64,000 nucleotides of DNA from the human T2T-CHM13v2.0 reference genome, Homo sapiens. This document shows, piece after piece, positions 11,249-24,904 of this stretch (the first letter of the stretch is position 1; the number at the start of each line of letters is the position of its first letter). The translations under genes and the position numbers were made by a program. The notes under the pieces are model-generated. The model saw nothing but the letters and a program-made list of their open reading frames with translations. It was not told the origin of the DNA and ran no database searches. The stretch lies in the NCBI RefSeq assembly GCF_009914755.1, contig NC_060932.1; one strand, 5' to 3'.

Positions 11249-14170
11249 TGGTTTTTTGAAAATATCAATGAAATAGATAGACCACTAGCCAGACTAATAA
11301 AGAAGAAAAGAGAGAAAAATCAAATAGATGCAATAAAAAATGATAAAAGGGATATCACCATCAATCACACAGAAATACAATCTACCATCAGAGAATACTA
11401 TAAACATCTCTATGCAAATAAACTAGAAAATCTAGAAGAAATGGATAAATTCCTGGACATATACATCCTTCCAAGACTAAACTAGGAAGAAGCCGAATTG
11501 CTGAATATACCAATAACAAGTTCTGAAATTGAGGCAGCAATTAATAGCCTACCAACAAAAAAAAGCTTAGGATCAGATAGATTCACAGCCGAATTCTACA
11601 AGATGTACAAAGAGGAGCTGGTATCATTCTTTCTGAAACTATTTCAAACAATAGAAATAGAAGGAATCCTCTCTAACTCATTTTATGAGGCCAGCATCAT
11701 CCTGATACCAAAACCTGACAGAGACACAACAAAAAAGGAAAATCTCAGGCCAATAGCCCAGATGAACATGGATGCAAAAATCCTCAATAAAATACTGGCA
11801 AAGCAAATCCAGCAGCACATCAAAAAGCTTATCCACCACGATCAAGTCAGCTTCATCCCTGGGATGCAAGGCTGGTTCAACATACGCAAATCAATAAAGG
11901 TAATCCATCACATAAATGGAACCAAAGACAAAAAACACATGATTATCTCAATAGATGCAGAAAAGGCCTTTGACAAAATCCAACAGCCCTTCATGCTAGA
12001 AACTCTCAATAAACCAGGTATTTATCTCAAAATATTAAGAGCTATTTATGACAAACCCACAGCCAATATCATACTGAATGCGCAAAAACTGAAAGCACTC
12101 CTTTTGAAAACCGGCACAAGACAAGGATGCCCTCTCTTACCATTCCTATTCAACATAGTATTGGAAGTTCTGGCCAGGGCAATCAGGCAAGGGAAAGAAA
12201 TAAAGGGTATTCAATCAGGAAAAGAGGAAGTCAAATTATCTCTGCAGATGACATGATCGTATTTTTAGAAAACCCCGTCATCTCAGCCCAAAGTCTCTTT
12301 AAGCTGATAAGCAACTTCAGCAAAGTCTCAGGATACAAAATCTATGTGCAAAAATCACAAGCATTCCTATGCAACAATAACAGACAAACACAGAGCCAAA
12401 TCATGAGTGAACTCCCATTCACAATTGCTACAAAGAGAGTAAAATACCTAGGTATCCAACTTACAAGGGATGTGAAGGACCTCTTCAAGGAGCACTAAAA
12501 ATTACTGCTCAGGGCAATAAGAGAGGACACAAACAAATGAAAAAACATTCCATGCTCATGGATTGGAAGAATCAATATTGTGAAAATAGCCATACTGCCC
12601 AAAGTAATTTATAGATTCAATGCTATCCCTATCAAGCTACCACTGACTTCCTTCAAAGAACTGGAAAAAAAAAACTACTTTAAATTTCATGGAACCAAAG
12701 AAGAGCCTGCATAACCAATATAACCCTAAGCAAAAGGAACAAAGCTGGAGGCATCAGGCTACCTGACTTCAAACTATTCTACAAGGCTACAGTAACCAAA
12801 ACAGCATGGTACTGGTACCAAAACAGATATATAGACCAAAGGAACAGAACAGAGGCCTCAGAAATAATGTCACACATCTACAACCATCTGATCTTTGACA
12901 AACCTGACCGAAACAAGCAATGGGGAAAGGATTCCCTATTTAATAAATGGCTAGCCATATGCTGAAAGATGAAACTGGATCCCCTCCTTACCCTTTATAC
13001 AAAAATTAACTCAAGATAGATTAAAGACTTAAATGTAAGACCTAAAACCATAAAAACCCTGGAAGAAAACCTAGGCAATACCATTCAGTACAGAGAGATT
13101 GGCAAAGGCTTCATGACTAAAACACCAAAAGCAATGGCAACAAAAGCCAAAATTGACAAATGGGATCTGATTAAACTAAAGAGATTCTGCACAGCAAAAG
13201 AAACTATCATCAGAGTGGACAGGCAACCTACAGAATGGGAGAAAATTTCTGCAATTTTTCCATCTGACAAAGGGCTAATATCCAGAATCTACAAAGAACA
13301 TAAAGAGATTTACAAGAAAAAAAAAAAACAACCCCAACAAAAATTGGACAAAGGATAGGGACAGACACTTCTCAAAAGAAGACATTTATGCAGCCAACAG
13401 ACACATGAAAAAATGCTCATCATCACTTGTCATTAGAGAAATGCAAATCAAAACCACAATGAGATACCATCCCATGCTAGTTTGAATGGCAATCATTAAA
13501 AAGTTCAGGAAACAACAGATGATGGAGAGGATGTGGAGAAATTGGAACGCTTTTACACTGTTGGTGGGAGCGTAAATTAGTTCAATCATTGTGGAAGACA
13601 GCGTGGCAATTCCTCAAGGATCTAGAGCTAGAAATACCATTTGACCCAGTGATCCCATTACTGAGTATAAACCCAAAGGATTATAAATCATTCTATTATA
13701 AAGACACATGCACACATATGTTTATTGTGGCATTATTCACAATAGCAAAGACTTGGAACCAACCCAAATGCCCATCAGTGATTGACTGGATAAAGGAAAT
13801 GTGGCACATATACACCATGGAATACAATTCAGCCATAAAAAAGGATGAGTTCATGTCCTTTGCATGAACATGGATGATGGTGGAAGCCATCATTCTCAGC
13901 AGACTAACACAAGAACAGAAAACCAAACACCACATGTTCTCATAAGTGGGAGTTGAACAATGAGAACACATGGACACAGGGAGGGGCACATCACACACCA
14001 GGGCCTGTCATCAGGGTAGGGGGAGTGATAGCATTAGGAGAAATACCTAATGTAGATGATGGGTTGAGGGGTGCAGCAAACCACCATGGCACGTGTATAC
14101 CTATGTAACAAACCTGCACGTTCTGCACATGTACCCCAGAACTTAAAGTATAATAATAAAAATAAAGAAA
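11249..14170 (+). mobile_element. 5'-truncated L1PA (L1PA7/8-like), 3' part of ORF2 plus 3' UTR and poly(A)
   Basis: Continuous L1 sequence ending gatagcattaggagaaatacctaatgtagatg...gaacttaaagtataataataaaaataaag. Confidence 0.97.
11498..13867 (+). pseudogene. Disrupted L1 ORF2p (reverse transcriptase and C-terminal region)
   Basis: [36 protein letters not shown]; frameshift right before ADD (ISADDM lies in another frame); multiple stops. Confidence 0.95.
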
Positions 14171-14734
14171 ATAATATTCTAGTTTGCTGATCTCTGGTAG
14201 ATACTACTTATTTAGAGCATTCCAAAATTAAAAGTTTTATTTAGTTACTGTATTTACTATAAAAGAATTCAACAAATGTTAGTTTACCAAAATAAAAACA
14301 CAGCAAATTATTTTCAACTAGACACCTATGTAAATATGGCCTTAGCATGAGATGCATATGATTCCTGCAAATTAAAATAAAATATGAAATGAAATATGAC
14401 ATTTATATATATTTACAGAAAAATCTATACAGTCTAAGTCACTTGAGAGAGCAAGAAAAATATATCATTCAAATATATGGATTTACCTGGATATATCTAG
14501 AAATTCTTGGCTTATTTTAACATTCTCTCTTGGTATAACTGCGTACAATTTCTGAACACCTCGCTGTGAGAAGTTCTTAAAACATGTATATACCACATTC
14601 CTTTCATGAAAGATATATGATTCTTAGGGGAACAGTTCAGTATTTTAAAAACCTATTTACCTAAGACTTCAGTTTTATGCCAGTTTGTGGTCAAGTGAGG
14701 ATTTGTTCAAATCAATACAGTTATCTTCAGATAT

Positions 14735-15950
14735 TTTTTACTTTTTAATTCTCCCAACATTCAATTATAAAAAAAGTTAAATTCATAGAAAATTTAAAAG
14801 AATAGTACAATAAAAACCTAGATACCTTTCTCTTGAATTAATTATCATTACAATTTTGCCAGGTACACTCTTTAATTCAGAACAATTTGAAAGAAAGTTT
14901 ATATATTAAGATACTTCACTCCTATGTACTCCAATATGTTTTTATGTTTTCTTCTTAAACTGGAAAACCTCATTTCTCACAGTGATATTTAGTTATCTAG
15001 TTATTTTCTTTATCTTACAACAAACACAAAATTGTTTTAAAATTACAATACCAGGTTATCCATGAAACAAACATACTGATTAGAGGTTCAAGATTTCCTT
15101 GCACTTCTTTTTAACCTTAAAACATATATCACCATGTATATATATATATACAAAATATTACTCAATAGTTATTTTAGTATTTTTCTCTGTGTATACATTA
15201 TCAATTTGCTATAAAGTCTATCTCCCTTGAATTTCAGCCTTAGATTTTTTTAACATAGTATTTTTACCTTTATTTTACATAATGAATTGTGTAACAAATT
15301 GTTACTTCCATCCCTATTTCTTTCCTTTCCTTCTACCATCCCACTAGAGTAATTATTTTTGTTGGGTTCTGGTTGACCTTTTCTTTCTGGTTAACCCATT
15401 CTGTATTTCACTTTGCAAAAATAAGCAAAAAGAAGAGAGAGAGATGAGAGACAGACACACTGATAGATGGAGAGAAAGAGATGTTCATGTTTACATTAAA
15501 GGTACCTAATATACATAGAGTCCTGTATTGTTTTCACCTACTAACCACAAATCACTTGCTAACAGTTCTTCCTCTTTTTTTAAAAAAAAATAAAACAGTT
15601 GCATAGCAACCATTTTTGGAAAATATCACGTAGATTACTCAAGCAGCTTCCTGTTGATAGATATTTAGATTTTTCCAATGTCTTCCTATAACAAATGCCA
15701 CAATGAAAAAATGTTGTATTCATAGACTTTTGTTTTTATGGAGGAGTATCATCATGATAGACTCCTAGAAGTAGATTTCTGAGTCAAAAAGTAGATGCAT
15801 AAGTGACTGTATTAGATATTTCTACTTTCTCCTCTGTTTTCAGTGTACTGTTTGGAACTCACACCAGTAATTAATGAGAATGATGGGTTCTCTACAACTT
15901 TACCGACAGATTGTATTTGAAAGCTTTTGAAATTCTGCCAATCTGATATT
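14735..15950 (-). mobile_element. Ancient L1M (L1MC/L1ME) 3' fragments
   Basis: catagaaaatttaaaagaatagtacaataaaaacc; cctgttgatagatatttaga...cctagaagtagatttctgagtcaaa...tgccaatctgat. Confidence 0.6.
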
Positions 15951-16849
15951 GTCTGATGAGGCGTTTCTCATTAAACATTGCTTTAAAAAAATCTCCTACT
16001 TTTGAGTTTTCTTTTGACTCAAACTTAATACCAAGGCATGTCTATGTAGTCTTGCTTTCTTTTTTATATGTGGTCAGCATATGCTTACAATACATTTACT
16101 ACATGAAATAATTACTAGATGGATCACAATGTCAGCAGCAATGCATTTTTGGGGAGCATATTTTCATGGCACCACCTTAATCAGAAAATCTTAACAATGT
16201 CATCTTCTTAATTTAGCTGTTCAGATATCAGTTGATACCACTAAATCAATGGGTGAATGTAGTAATTAAGGTCTTTGTTAATCACAGAACTATGAGTAAC
16301 AAAACATGAAGTAGAAAAAATTGGGGGGATTGCCCATATAAGTCATTGTTGATGGCATTTGGTTGAAAAGTCTCTATGGTTGCATATGAAGGAAAATATA
16401 TGTAAAAAGGTGAGTTCATTTCTCTTTATATCATCATTTAGCAGTTTTACTAAATGTGTTACTACTAAGCCTATTTAAATTTAACTTTAAACTCTATTTT
16501 TGGTTTAGCTTTTTTTTTCTTTTAGTAAAGAAATTTTAAATATCCCAACACTTTCAAGCAGAGTCAGTGGCTGTGATCCAAACTTCTTAAGTCATATTTG
16601 AACTCTGTAGCTTCACTCTATTCATATAAACATGTCAAGAGTGAATGCCATGATGAAAATCCAGACTTGAAAATTAATCTTCTTTTATGATTCTTTCCAT
16701 TAACTGCCCAAGCCACTGTGGCAGCCAGCTGGAACACCAGCTTATGCCAGCTTATATAATGCTGTTAAGAACTCGGAAAGAGGGACAATATTCATACCAC
16801 CAGGAAAAATTACATAGATTTATAGACCTATGTAGAAATTAACAATCAT

Positions 16850-16960
16850 AAAGTCCCAATCTCTTGTCTTTTAGATCACTAAACTGAAGCATGAAAAGGT
16901 GAAATAGTACCTAAGGTCAGATTTCAAGTTTATCTCAGAGCAGCACCTGGAGCCCTGCTT
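16850..16960 (-). mobile_element. MIR/MIR3 fragment
   Basis: ttttagat...aaactgaagcatgaaaaggtgaaatagtacctaaggtca. Confidence 0.5.
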
Positions 16961-17386
16961 TTCATCCTTCCACGCCCATGTGCTTCAGTGAAAAGGAATG
17001 ACTTTTTCATTCAATAATTTTTTCAAGCACTACTCTGTGTGTGTAGATAAACTGATAAATAGATAAATACAGACAGACATTTCTCCTGAGTCTAGTGCAC
17101 TTTTTACAGCTATTTTTAATAATAGATTTATTATGACTTTGAGGGGTTTATTTTTGCTTTCCTTACAGTAGTAATTAATTATTTTTTATTTCAAATTTAA
17201 TTATTTCAATTTAGTGAAGTGTGATACACTGAAACATAAAGCGTATGCATGGGAAGGATGGGAATGCACTATCATCTTCAAATATCTGTTAGCCCTCATT
17301 TCTTTTTCTATATTATGCAGTTTTTAAAAGCTAAGAGATTTACTTGATATAAGAACAAAAAGTTACATTTAGGTCACATTAATGTA

Positions 17387-17688
17387 CAGTCACGTGCCAT
17401 ATAACCATGTTCCAGTCGACAAAAGGCCATACATATGATGGTCTCACAAGATTATAATATCATATTTTTACTGTACCTTTTCTAATTATAGACATATTTA
17501 GATACACAAATTCCATTGTGTTACATTTGCCTACAGTATTCAGTATAGTAACATGTTGCGCAGATTTGTGGTTTAGGAGCAATAGGCTGTACCATATAGC
17601 CTAGGTGTGTAGTAGGCTCTACCATCTAGGTTCATGTAAGGACACTGTACGATGTTCTCACAATGACCAAATTTTCCAATAATGTGTT
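17387..17688 (+). mobile_element. Tigger3a copy lacking its right terminal ~40 bp
   Basis: TA|cagtcacgtgccatataac...; co-linear with the copy at 9652-9995. Confidence 0.88.
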
Positions 17689-17689
17689 A

Positions 17690-18022
17690 ATTGTAAGCAT
17701 TGCTTAACACCAGGGATATATTCTGAGAAATGCATAGTTAGGCGATTTTGTCATTGTGGGAACATCATAGAGTATCCTTACACAACCTACTACCCAACTA
17801 GGCTATATGGTATAGCCGATCGCTCCTAGGCTACAAACCTGTGCAGAATGTTACTATAGTGAATACTGTAGGCAATTGTAACACAATGATAAGTAGTTAT
17901 GTATCTAAATATATCAAAACATAGATAAGATACAGTAAAAATGTGAGACTATAATCTTATGGAACCATCATCATATATATGGTCTGTTGTTAACCAACAT
18001 GTCAATAAGCAATGCATGACTG
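17690..18022 (-). mobile_element. Tigger3a copy in opposite orientation, abutting the previous copy
   Basis: gcttaac...ttctgagaaatgc...ctcctaggctacaaacctgt...gcaatgcatgactg|TA. Confidence 0.88.
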
Positions 18023-18139
18023 TATAATTGCTATATAAGCTAACTGTAATTTATTTCATTTGTTCTTTGAGATGAAATAATAATGTCTGTTTCTAATATC
18101 TGAATATTAAGAGTAAAGAGTCTATCCAATAAAGATATA

Positions 18140-18320
18140 GTGTTTGATATCCTTAAGTTTAAATCCAATGTGGGCACTTTTTATATACTCAAGCAAGTTA
18201 TATCACCTTACCTAAACTCCATTTCTTCATCTGTAAAGTAGGAATAATCATAGCTCCTTTATAGTTTTGGTTTAGGGACACTGTGAAAAAATGTAAGCAA
18301 CTCAAAGGTAGTCAATGTTG
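18140..18320 (+). mobile_element. MIR fragment
   Basis: gcaagtta...catttcttcatctgtaaagtaggaataatcatag. Confidence 0.65.
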
Positions 18321-18528
18321 TTTACTTTCTCATTTCATCCTCTGTAATATTTTATAGAAACTGTTTGTATTCACTCTATTACCTAAGAGACTCTCAACTC
18401 TTCAACAACAGCAAAACCCCCAATATTTCCTGGAATTTAAATAAGTCAATTTCAGAAATACCAACTTTAACAGCTGGTAAATATTTTTTCTGATTTTTAA
18501 TCCTATGAAAAATTTTTTGTGTGTAACT

Positions 18529-18589
18529 TCAGAATTTCTCATACTTTATCAGAATTCCCCATACTTTATCAGAATTTCCCATACTTTAT
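18529..18589. repeat. 20-bp minisatellite x3 (TCAGAATTyCyCATACTTTA)
   Basis: Three consecutive near-identical units read directly. Confidence 0.92.
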
Positions 18590-19439
18590 GTTATCTCCTC
18601 CTTCTAAAATCAATACATAACTGATAGTAGAAATATAGCCACTCCAACTTCAAAGGGAGAAAATGCTTAGTTCAGAAATTGAGGACTGGGTTGATAAAGT
18701 TTTCCAAGATGTTACAAGTACTTAGGAAGCACAGTATTCAGGATACTTTCCCTGCGGAGTTCTCGTCCTGAATTAACTGGTTGGACTGCCCACTGTTTAA
18801 TTGCAAACTCTTCATTTCCCTAGGTGATGGATGCACTGTGATGTGGACTTAAAGTGGGCCCAGACAGCCTTAATGACTGAGATGTAAAAAGCTTGCCTTG
18901 CAAATGAGATGTTTATCTGCAAGTTATTATTAAATGGTGTCTACCTAGCTGGGAGTAAGTGAAGATTTGGTAATTTTTCCTTAGTTTAGTAAGTGTATAT
19001 TCATTGATTTTTATTTTCTCAGCTCCCTTTCTTACTCAAACCTTTACCACCTCATGTCAGGACAACTGCAATAAATTCCTACCTTATCTCTTGAATGGAT
19101 TTCCTCCACTCTTACATCATTCTGCACTAGCCCCTGGAAGTCAGTGTAAACAAGCTACTCCCTAGTTATGTATAGGTTGAATTCCAGACCTTATTTTGGC
19201 ACTCAATGTGTTTCACAGTTGACAGACCTCAAGGTCTCTTTCTTACACAAGTTCTGCAGTATAGGCAAATGGTTATCCCACGAGGACTGGAACAAACCTT
19301 TTGTTTGTTGCCTCAGAATTTCTTTACCTGGTGGTCTTCTCCTTTTTCTTTTCAACTCTAAGTGCTAATCATGAATCCCTAGTTAAGCCCCACCTTCTCC
19401 ATCCACACTTCCCAGGTCTCTGGCTTCTTCCTCTTGTAT

Positions 19440-19615
19440 CAGTGCTTCACAAACTTAACTGAATATAGGACTTAGCCTAAAAAAAATTGGTACTTCAGCC
19501 TCACCTCCAGCTCCCAGAGATGTGTATTTAATTTGTCTGGGGCATGTTCCTGGTACTTGGATTTTTAAACTCTCCCCAGATGATTCTAGTCTGCAGTGAA
19601 AGTTAACAAACACTG
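19440..19615. mobile_element. MER5-family (hAT-Charlie) relic
   Basis: cagtgcttcacaaactt...tttttaaactctccccagatgattct...aaacactg with degenerate TIRs. Confidence 0.75.
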
Positions 19616-19944
19616 TCATATGCATTTCAATTATAAATCACCTGAACAGTTTATCAAGCAATTTAATAAGACACATACCACCTTTGTGATGTTCATATAT
19701 TTTATGAATAAAAGATTTTTTCTGGGGGTCTCATTTGCTTCTGTATAAATGTTCAAATATTTGTGAACTACTGGGGTCATATGTAAAATTATTATATTTT
19801 TACTATACTGTATAAAAACAAAATAATTTGAATCATCAATAAACATTTCTCTTTTAAGTGTGTAATTATGCAAATTATGATTCAAATCTCTCTGCCTGTT
19901 CCCACTGCCCCCCCTTGCTACTTAGGATGAAGAGCTGGAGTTGG

Positions 19945-20177
19945 TGGTATGGATTGAGAAGAGGTGGGGGCAGTGGTCAGAAGCAAAACTACTGGTTAGG
20001 AGAGTACATTAATAATCTAGGAGATAACAGTGCTTTGGAACACAGAGGTGGCAGTGAAGGTAGTGAGAAGTATTTGGATTTTAGATATGTTTTGAAGGTA
20101 GCTCCAGTGGAATCTACTATTGGATTAGATGTGAGTATGAGAGGAAGAAAGGACCTGAGTTGGACCCCCGGGTTTTT
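19945..20177 (-). mobile_element. L2a fragment
   Basis: ggtggcagtgaaggtagtgagaagt...ggattttagatatgttttgaaggtag...ggattagatgtg. Confidence 0.75.
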
Positions 20178-20649
20178 GAAAGAACTTTATTACACGCTAT
20201 AACAAGATTACCTCTCTTTCTACAGGGTAAGATGGAAATAATAATATTCACATTGGTGTATTGTTGTATTATATCAGATAATATATGGAAAATGCCTAGG
20301 GCAGAGCTTGGCTCGTAAATATTTGATTAGTGACAGACATCATGGAGTGACTCAATCTGTGTACAGAGTGGAAATTAGTGAAATTTGAAAGAAGAGATCA
20401 TCAGCTTAATTACCCACTGGTTATGAGATTCGAGTGGTCACTGACTGCCACTTTTATTATGTGGCCAATCTAGCCATGTTAGGCAAAATAACCAAAAAGA
20501 GGAAAACATAACAATGAGAGTACCTATCTTGCTGCCTTGAAGCAGAATAAGTTTTCACAGGGGATTGGGAAGTCTAAGATCTGTTAATTGGGTGATTAAC
20601 TGTTTAATTGGTTGCCTGAGTTTAGAGTGTCCTAAGGAGTACATACTTA

Positions 20650-20788
20650 GATCAGGCACAGTGGCCCACACCTGTAATCCCAACACTTTACGAGGCTAAA
20701 ATGGGAGACTCCCTTAAAACCAGAAGTTCAAGACCAGCCTGGGCAATATAGTGAGATCCCATCTCTAAAAAAGAAAAAAAAGAAAGAA
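20650..20788 (+). mobile_element. Free left Alu monomer (FLAM_C-like) with 16-bp TSD
   Basis: Single monomer plus A-tail; TSD aaggagtacatactta (20634-20649) / aagaagtacatattta (20789-20804). Confidence 0.88.
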
Positions 20789-21149
20789 AAGAAGTACATA
20801 TTTAAGGATAACATGCAAACTGCAACAAAGAAAATTAATTACAGGAGAAAACAAATCTAGCACTAGGTATTGTAACATGTACATTCAAAAGTCCAAAGCA
20901 AAGAGTATTAATAAAAGAAAACAAAAACCTTAGTAACTATAAAGTTAAAGTCACTGTAAGGTCAGCACGACTGACAGAGTTGACAATCATTCCTTCTCCA
21001 ATGTGTAAATGAACACGGAGTAATAGCACATCAGTAGTATGAAGGGGAACTTTGAGAGGCTTTGTATAGTGTGATTTAACATTTGCTATTGTATAAAAAG
21101 GGGCATGGTTGTAAATATGAGGTCTAATATTCATTGTACTATGGCACAA

Positions 21150-21290
21150 CTGCTTTGAACCTTATTGTCTTCATCTGTAAAAAATGGATGATAATTCTTA
21201 TCTCAAGGGTATTAATAAGGATTTTAAATGTATAAAAGTTCTAGAATATCTCAAGTTTAGCATATAGTAATGTTTCAATAAATATCAGCA
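21150..21290 (+). mobile_element. MIR fragment
   Basis: tcttcatctgtaaaaaatggatgataatt...catatagtaatgtttcaataaat. Confidence 0.65.
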
Positions 21291-22069
21291 GTAAAGTGGA
21301 AATAAAGAAAATAATATCTCAGGGTAAGGAAGGAGGAGAGTTTACAGATCCCTGGTGAAGAGAGACTGGAATATAAACAAGATCACACTGATGGCCTACA
21401 TATTGCTAATGGATCCAGGTGTCTAAGTTGTTTGTTAGGTAAACCCATATGTAATTTATCAATAATATTGTTCATGTTCCCTCATCTAATTCTTTTTGTT
21501 ACTGTCATTAGTCTAAATTATCATACAACTTCAGGTGTTGTAAATCAGGCATACTTGAACCAGGTAGACATAACTGTCCATCTGGTTATGATTTGGAGCC
21601 AAGACAGGAACTACATGGTAGGCCAGTTAGAGAGGCACACATGAGGAAAAGCACTCCCCAAACAAGCAGTGTTCTCTGTCAGGTAACTGAACTTCGTGAA
21701 ATGGAATACAAACATATACAATTATATTTTGGTTAGCTAGAATGTTCTCCAAAATGGCATGTAAATAAACATGGTTATTTTTTGATTGATTCTGGAAAGG
21801 CTTGCTCTAACTATAAGTGTATTCATTAGCTTTTTTATATTTCTTAACTAAAGCCATACATATATGTGCAAAAAATTGAAAAGTAGGTATGCTTTGCTCA
21901 TGAAAGATACTCAGTGGCATCATAATCATTAAATACATTTTTTGAAAATTGACTGCATTGGTGGTTAAAATGACCAAAATTAATATTTCCCAGCTGGGTT
22001 CCATAAAATACTAACCATGATAAGATGTTAACCATGCTGGTCTTTAGCATGTCTTTTCAAATCCTCCCT

Positions 22070-22240
22070 TGTTCTTATAATATATTCTGTAACACAGGGA
22101 ACTGCATTTCCCAGACGTTTGTGCCAACAGGCTTCTGGCTACAATCTGCAAATGGGAGATATGGTGAGAGTTGGAAGTGTCCAATCCGGGGGGGCAAAGT
22201 ATTTCCAGCCCTTACTCTGCCTAGAGTGGTATCCCTAATA
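22070..22240 (+). mobile_element. Old ERVL LTR fragment (LTR33-like), probably resumes after 23440
   Basis: actgcatttcccag...ggcttctgg...caaatgggag motif. Confidence 0.4.
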
Positions 22241-22265
22241 CCAACTGGAATTTTTCTTCCCTTGA

Positions 22266-22586
<321 letters not shown>

Positions 22587-22587
22587 T

Positions 22588-23438
22588 AATTTTATTTTAT
22601 TTATTGTTATTATTTTTTAACTTTTAAGTTCAGAGGTACATGTGAAGGTTTGTTATATAGGTAAGCTCCTGTTATGGGGATTTATTATACAAATATTTTG
22701 TCCCTCAGGTATTAAGCCTAGTGCCCATTAGTTATTTTTCTTAATCCTCTCCCTCCTCCAGCCTTCCACCTCCAAGTAGGCCCCGTTGTGTGTTGTTCCC
22801 CTCTGTGTACCCATCTGTTCTCATCATTGAGCAACCACTTATAAGTGGGAAAATGCAATATTTGGTTTTCTGTTCCTGCATTAGTTTGCTAAGGATAATG
22901 GCCTATAGCTTCACCCATATTCCTGCAAAGGACATGATTGCATTGTTTTTAATGACCATATAGTATTTTATGGTGTACATTCACCACATTTTCTTTATCC
23001 AGTGTACCATTGATGAGCATGTAGGTTGATTCCACAATTTTGCCATTGTGAATAGTGCTGTATTGAACATATGCATGTATGCATGTGTCTTTATGGTAGA
23101 ACAATTTATTTTCCTTTGTGTATATACCCAGTAATGGGAAGACTGAGTGGAATGGTAGTTCTGTTTTTAGGACTTTGAGGAATCACCACACTGTTTTCCA
23201 CAATGACTAAACTAATTTACGCTCCCACCGACAGCATATAAGTGCTCCTTTTTCTCCACAACCTCATTTGTGCCTGTTATTATTTGGCTTTTTAGTAATG
23301 GCCATTCTGACTGGTGTGAGATGATATCTCACGGTGGTTTAGATTTGCATTTCTCTAATGATCAGTGATGTTGAGCTTTTTTCTGCTGAAAAGTGTCTAT
23401 TCATGTCCTTTGCCCACTTTTTAATAGGGTTGTTTGTT
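22588..23438 (-). mobile_element. L1PA13-16-like 3' end
   Basis: aagttcagaggtacatgtg...caggtattaagcctagtgcccattagttattttt...ggccattctgactggtgtgagatg. Confidence 0.92.
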
Positions 23439-24904
23439 TATGAGACAACGTTCCCACCATGCTCCCAGCTCTCCAGGCAAGTCTATTGTATAGTGGATTC
23501 TAATTTCTTGATTGGATCTTGACTCGTAAAAGTCAAAAAGATATTTAAAAGTTCTAATTTTTAAAAAATAATGGTCAAAAAATATCTCAGAAAAAGATGT
23601 CCCAGCAAGAATTCCTTGTCTGCAGAAATCCTCAAGGTCTTTAATATGCTAAAGTACAGTGTAGATTTCAAATAGAGAAATATTGTGTGCAGCATGTCCC
23701 TAGTTATTTTTCAAAGAACCATTTTGTTTGCTTGTGTTGTTTTATTTTGTTTTCCATGGAATATCTACAAATACCTCACGGAAGTAGTGTTACATAAAAC
23801 ATAATTTTCAAATGTCGATCAAGATAAGCTATGTATAGTTTGAAAATTCTGTATGTGTAACATACAGATAAACTAGTTTTTGTACTTTGCATCCATTGTC
23901 TTTGGGCACATTCCTGGATGCAAAAACCTAAGGCAAATATCTTGAAAATTAAAGAAAAGATAAATAAGCGCAGGCACACAAAAATTATCTCCCTCATTTT
24001 AAATTCATTTGCAATATTATGGTAGGCAAAGGCAAATTATTTCATGCTGAAAAAACTTTTGCAAATTTGGTGATTGGATCCAGTTTGTGGAATTTGCACC
24101 CTGGAAATGCCACTGCATTTCATTTATAATCAAACTGACTGGGTTTGAAATGATATTAAATGTGCCAGATTGAGGAAAAAATCCAAATGGATTCATACAG
24201 AAATGTTATTAACTTGGAAATGGTTCAATGGGCATTTGGCATTTTCACACTGGTAGGTTTAATTTGTGGAGTGAGAACAATGGGCTAGGGAGATATAGAG
24301 CTCTGTACTTTTGCCACTTTAACATTTATGTTTGTCATTTATGAACCTGGGCTGAGAATTGATTAAATTTTTGCCTTGTAGCTTTTGGATTTTGTAACAC
24401 ATACAAACTGTCTTATATTCACCTATTTCCTTTGTAGATTATCAGTTTAAATATAGACTTTTCCATATAAGTTGTTAGCTAAAACAAGGGTAAGAAAAAT
24501 AAAAGCAGTAAAGATATGGCATTCTGTAAATAAACTCAATGTTCTACACTTAGTTAATTATTCAGGATGAAACAGCTGGGGTTTAAGCCTCTAAGCTACT
24601 TCTTAAAAGGCAATTAAGTATATATGTTGTGTAAATGTGGAGTAGCCATTTCCATTAATAAAGTGAAGTGAAACCAAAAAGAAACAGTGGCAAATATCAG
24701 GAAATAGTGAAATATACAGGACAGATTCAGATAAGCTAAAAAGCAAAAATAATCTCAATGAACAAAGTCTATAGACATGACATAGACAGCATCTTAATAT
24801 CTGAATTATCCCCAATGACTAACAAAATGTGTCTTTTGCATAGCAAGTTTTCATAAATATGAGGGAATTCTTTCTATGTAACATGTGATAGGGGTCAAAA
24901 CACT

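Noticed and set aside
11498-12256. 252-aa reverse-transcriptase ORF as a novel RT system or domesticated gene
   Set aside because: Ordinary L1 ORF2 fragment in a 5'-truncated L1PA; it frameshifts just before the catalytic ADD motif.
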